From positions 2,542,001-2,606,000 of the forward strand of contig JBLDXI010000054.1 in assembly GCA_047495785.1 (NCBI GenBank): 64,000 nt of DNA, in the 5' to 3' direction. A program made the translations under genes and the position numbers. The first letter of the stretch is position 1, and each line of letters opens with the position of its first letter. Of this stretch, positions 61,778 to 64,000 are shown in pieces. The stretch comes from Lepidodermella squamata (Eukaryota; Animalia; Gastrotricha). Under the pieces are notes generated by a model. It saw nothing but the letters and a program-made list of their open reading frames with translations, made no database searches and was not told where the DNA came from.

Positions 61778-63399
61778 TCACCCCAAGCTTGGGAGCTGAG
61801 TGACAAATTTAACATTGAAATCGGACATAAGAGGAGAGAACGCAGCTGTTATGTCAATGATATTCGGCAATTTCATGCAATGAGATTGTTGTTTTCTAAA
61901 TAGGCTTGTTGCTGATCGGAAGAAGGCAAGCATTCCATACATCTTAGACAACCATTCATCGCCATTGGCCTTCTTTCTAGCATAACGCATCATAGCGATT
62001 TCGTAGCAGACTCCAAGTTGCTCGAATTGTTCGTCGTATGTCGGTTCGGAAAGATCTATGCAATTTTAAGAATATCGATACTGAAAATTCACTCGAAATA
62101 CTTTTACCTGGCTTCAAACATATCAATCCGCAAAAAAGGCCAAACTCCTCAATAGTCTGCATTGTTGCGGTCATCATCGCACCCGCTTGACGAGATAAGT
62201 CGATTATTTCATCGAAATGGTACGACATCGTTTTCAATACTTGAAGAGTCTCCACGTCAAGATGATCTAATCCGAATACGTTTGGCTCATTCTTCTCCAC
62301 GTTGTAGTACAGTGATAGCTGAGCCATTATTAACGGGAAATATGCCTGTAAGAACAGCCTTATTCGATCCTGGACGGGCAGTAGCAAAACACCGGGTAAA
62401 TTGTTGAAGAAACCAGCCACTGACTTGACATTGATTTCAAAAGCCTGTGCGCACAGCGAAACTCTGCTCTCGAGGCTCATGCCTATTTGGTATCGTATTT
62501 TCGGATACTTGCCGATTGGTGCTAGAAACGCCGTTAGTTCCGCTAAATGACGGACAAGACAACCAGAATTTGCAACAGGTGAGAACAGAAAATCATTCAA
62601 GTCCGTTGGCCCAACTATCTCGACTGCTTTGCGAAAGTCAGTTTTTGATAGCAGTGAAATTTCCATACATTTTGCTTCTACAAGCGGTAAAGGCGAGGCG
62701 GGGTGCGGATCATTGACGAATCTTGCCGGCTTCCTCTTTTGCGGTGGCATCAGAACTGTTCCGTCGTTCAGATTCTTTTTCAGTTTTGAAATGATTTCAA
62801 ATGCATCCCGCTTCCTGGCAGATTCGTAGGATCTCGTCATACCCGCGTCGATGCAGCGCTTGTATCGACATTTTTTGCAAATCGATTTTCGCGAGCAAGG
62901 GCCGATTTCGCCCTCTTTCCTCGAGCACTTGTATTTCTTATGAGATTCACGGCTTGTGGATCTGATAAAGAATAGTTTACAGCCATTGCAAGCTACGGCG
63001 CCGTAGTGGATTCCAGAACCTAGATAAAAGTATACATTGTTTTGTTTGGTATTTCAGCAATATCTTACTAGAACAACCGCATATTGAGCAAGGGATTTTC
63101 GCATAATCTATGCGTTTGCGGCGCAGACTTGGTAGATGGTCGTTGTCATCTGGATAGAGGTTCTCATTCTGGCAACGCTTTGCTACAACAATTTTGCAGA
63201 ATTCCAGTCGACAGAAACGACATTTTCTGTAGCTCGAAGCATCACTGCATTTGCATGTCTCGGGAGGTCCTCTTTTATTGCGGCAGTAAAATTTACGACA
63301 AGCGTCGCATAGGGATGGGTTTTGGCCGCAATCAAAGTCGCCGATGCTTGATTTAGAAGCTAAAGCTGAGCAAACTGAGCAAATTTCGTTCTCACCCAT
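61778..63399 (-). CDS. Two-DBD nuclear receptor NR16 (3 exons)
   Basis: CSVC..CDACRKFY..CKC..CRFC; DBD2 SGIHYGAVACNGCKLFFIRS..CKKCRYKRCIDAGM; LBD FFNNLPGV..QDRIRLF; SPLMSDF. Confidence 0.88.
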
Positions 63400-63804
63400 G
63401 AAAACATATAGTTTGTCTAAGGAAAATTTGACTCACTTATCATTTGAAACAATGGCATCGGCACGCTAACATTATGAGGAAAAGTTGAAGCTGAGTTTTT
63501 TTGCCCGAAATGTGCTCTCGGGCAAAAAATCACGTTGTAATGTTTGACGAGAACATGTTTCATGAGGATTACAAATTAGAAAAATAGCATGGATGAAATA
63601 AGATAGAGATACCAAAAATAGATACACAAAATAGAGTAGAGACATTTTGATCTCTGTTAGTGGCAAGGCACTTCAGGCTATTTTTCGCATGTTTACGATA
63701 ATTGCGCTCGAATTCGCACACAAGCCCAAATTCATATGCAGATCCCCAACATCTAATTTGGTTTTATGGAACTTTCTCACCATTGATAACTTAGATTTCC
63801 TGGA

Positions 63805-63839
63805 ACTCGTAACACAAACTCGTAACACAAACTCGTAAC
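63805..63839. repeat. 13-bp tandem repeat (AACTCGTAACACA), ~2.7 copies
   Basis: Directly visible. Confidence 0.75.
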
Positions 63840-64000
63840 CAGCCCTAATTTTTCGTTAATTTTGAAAAATAGTTCAACTCGGCTTTCAACACTCTAACTG
63901 CCAAAAATACACTGGCAGTGTATGTAACACTGCGAGATCGATATTTGGATCCAAATCCTGGGTCTGTCAAAAGTCCTTTTTCGGGTCAACGATGCGCCGT

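Overview
Eukaryotic (invertebrate-like) genomic DNA: AT-rich, with many short (~45-110 bp) GT-AG introns. The window is dominated by a tandem family of 16 co-oriented, minus-strand nuclear receptor genes (labelled NR1-NR16 here). Each encodes TWO zinc-finger DNA-binding domains followed by a ligand-binding domain (2DBD-NR architecture: DBD1 P-box mostly CEACRK, DBD2 P-box CEGCKG/CDGCKI and variants). Twelve form a dense array at 34.5-63.4 kb. NR6 is split by a TA-flanked MITE and NR12 carries a 1-nt frameshift. Between NR2 and NR3, on the plus strand, two spliced genes encode signal peptide + 2 or 3 tandem divergent L-type-lectin-like (VIP36/ERGIC-53-like) domains + a GPI-signal-like tail. The left end holds a LicD/fukutin-family transferase, a class C (GABA-B-like) GPCR and a small secreted Cys-rich protein. 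Several MITE-like and foldback repeats are present. Gene models were spliced by eye and family calls rest on motif recognition; no database searches were run.
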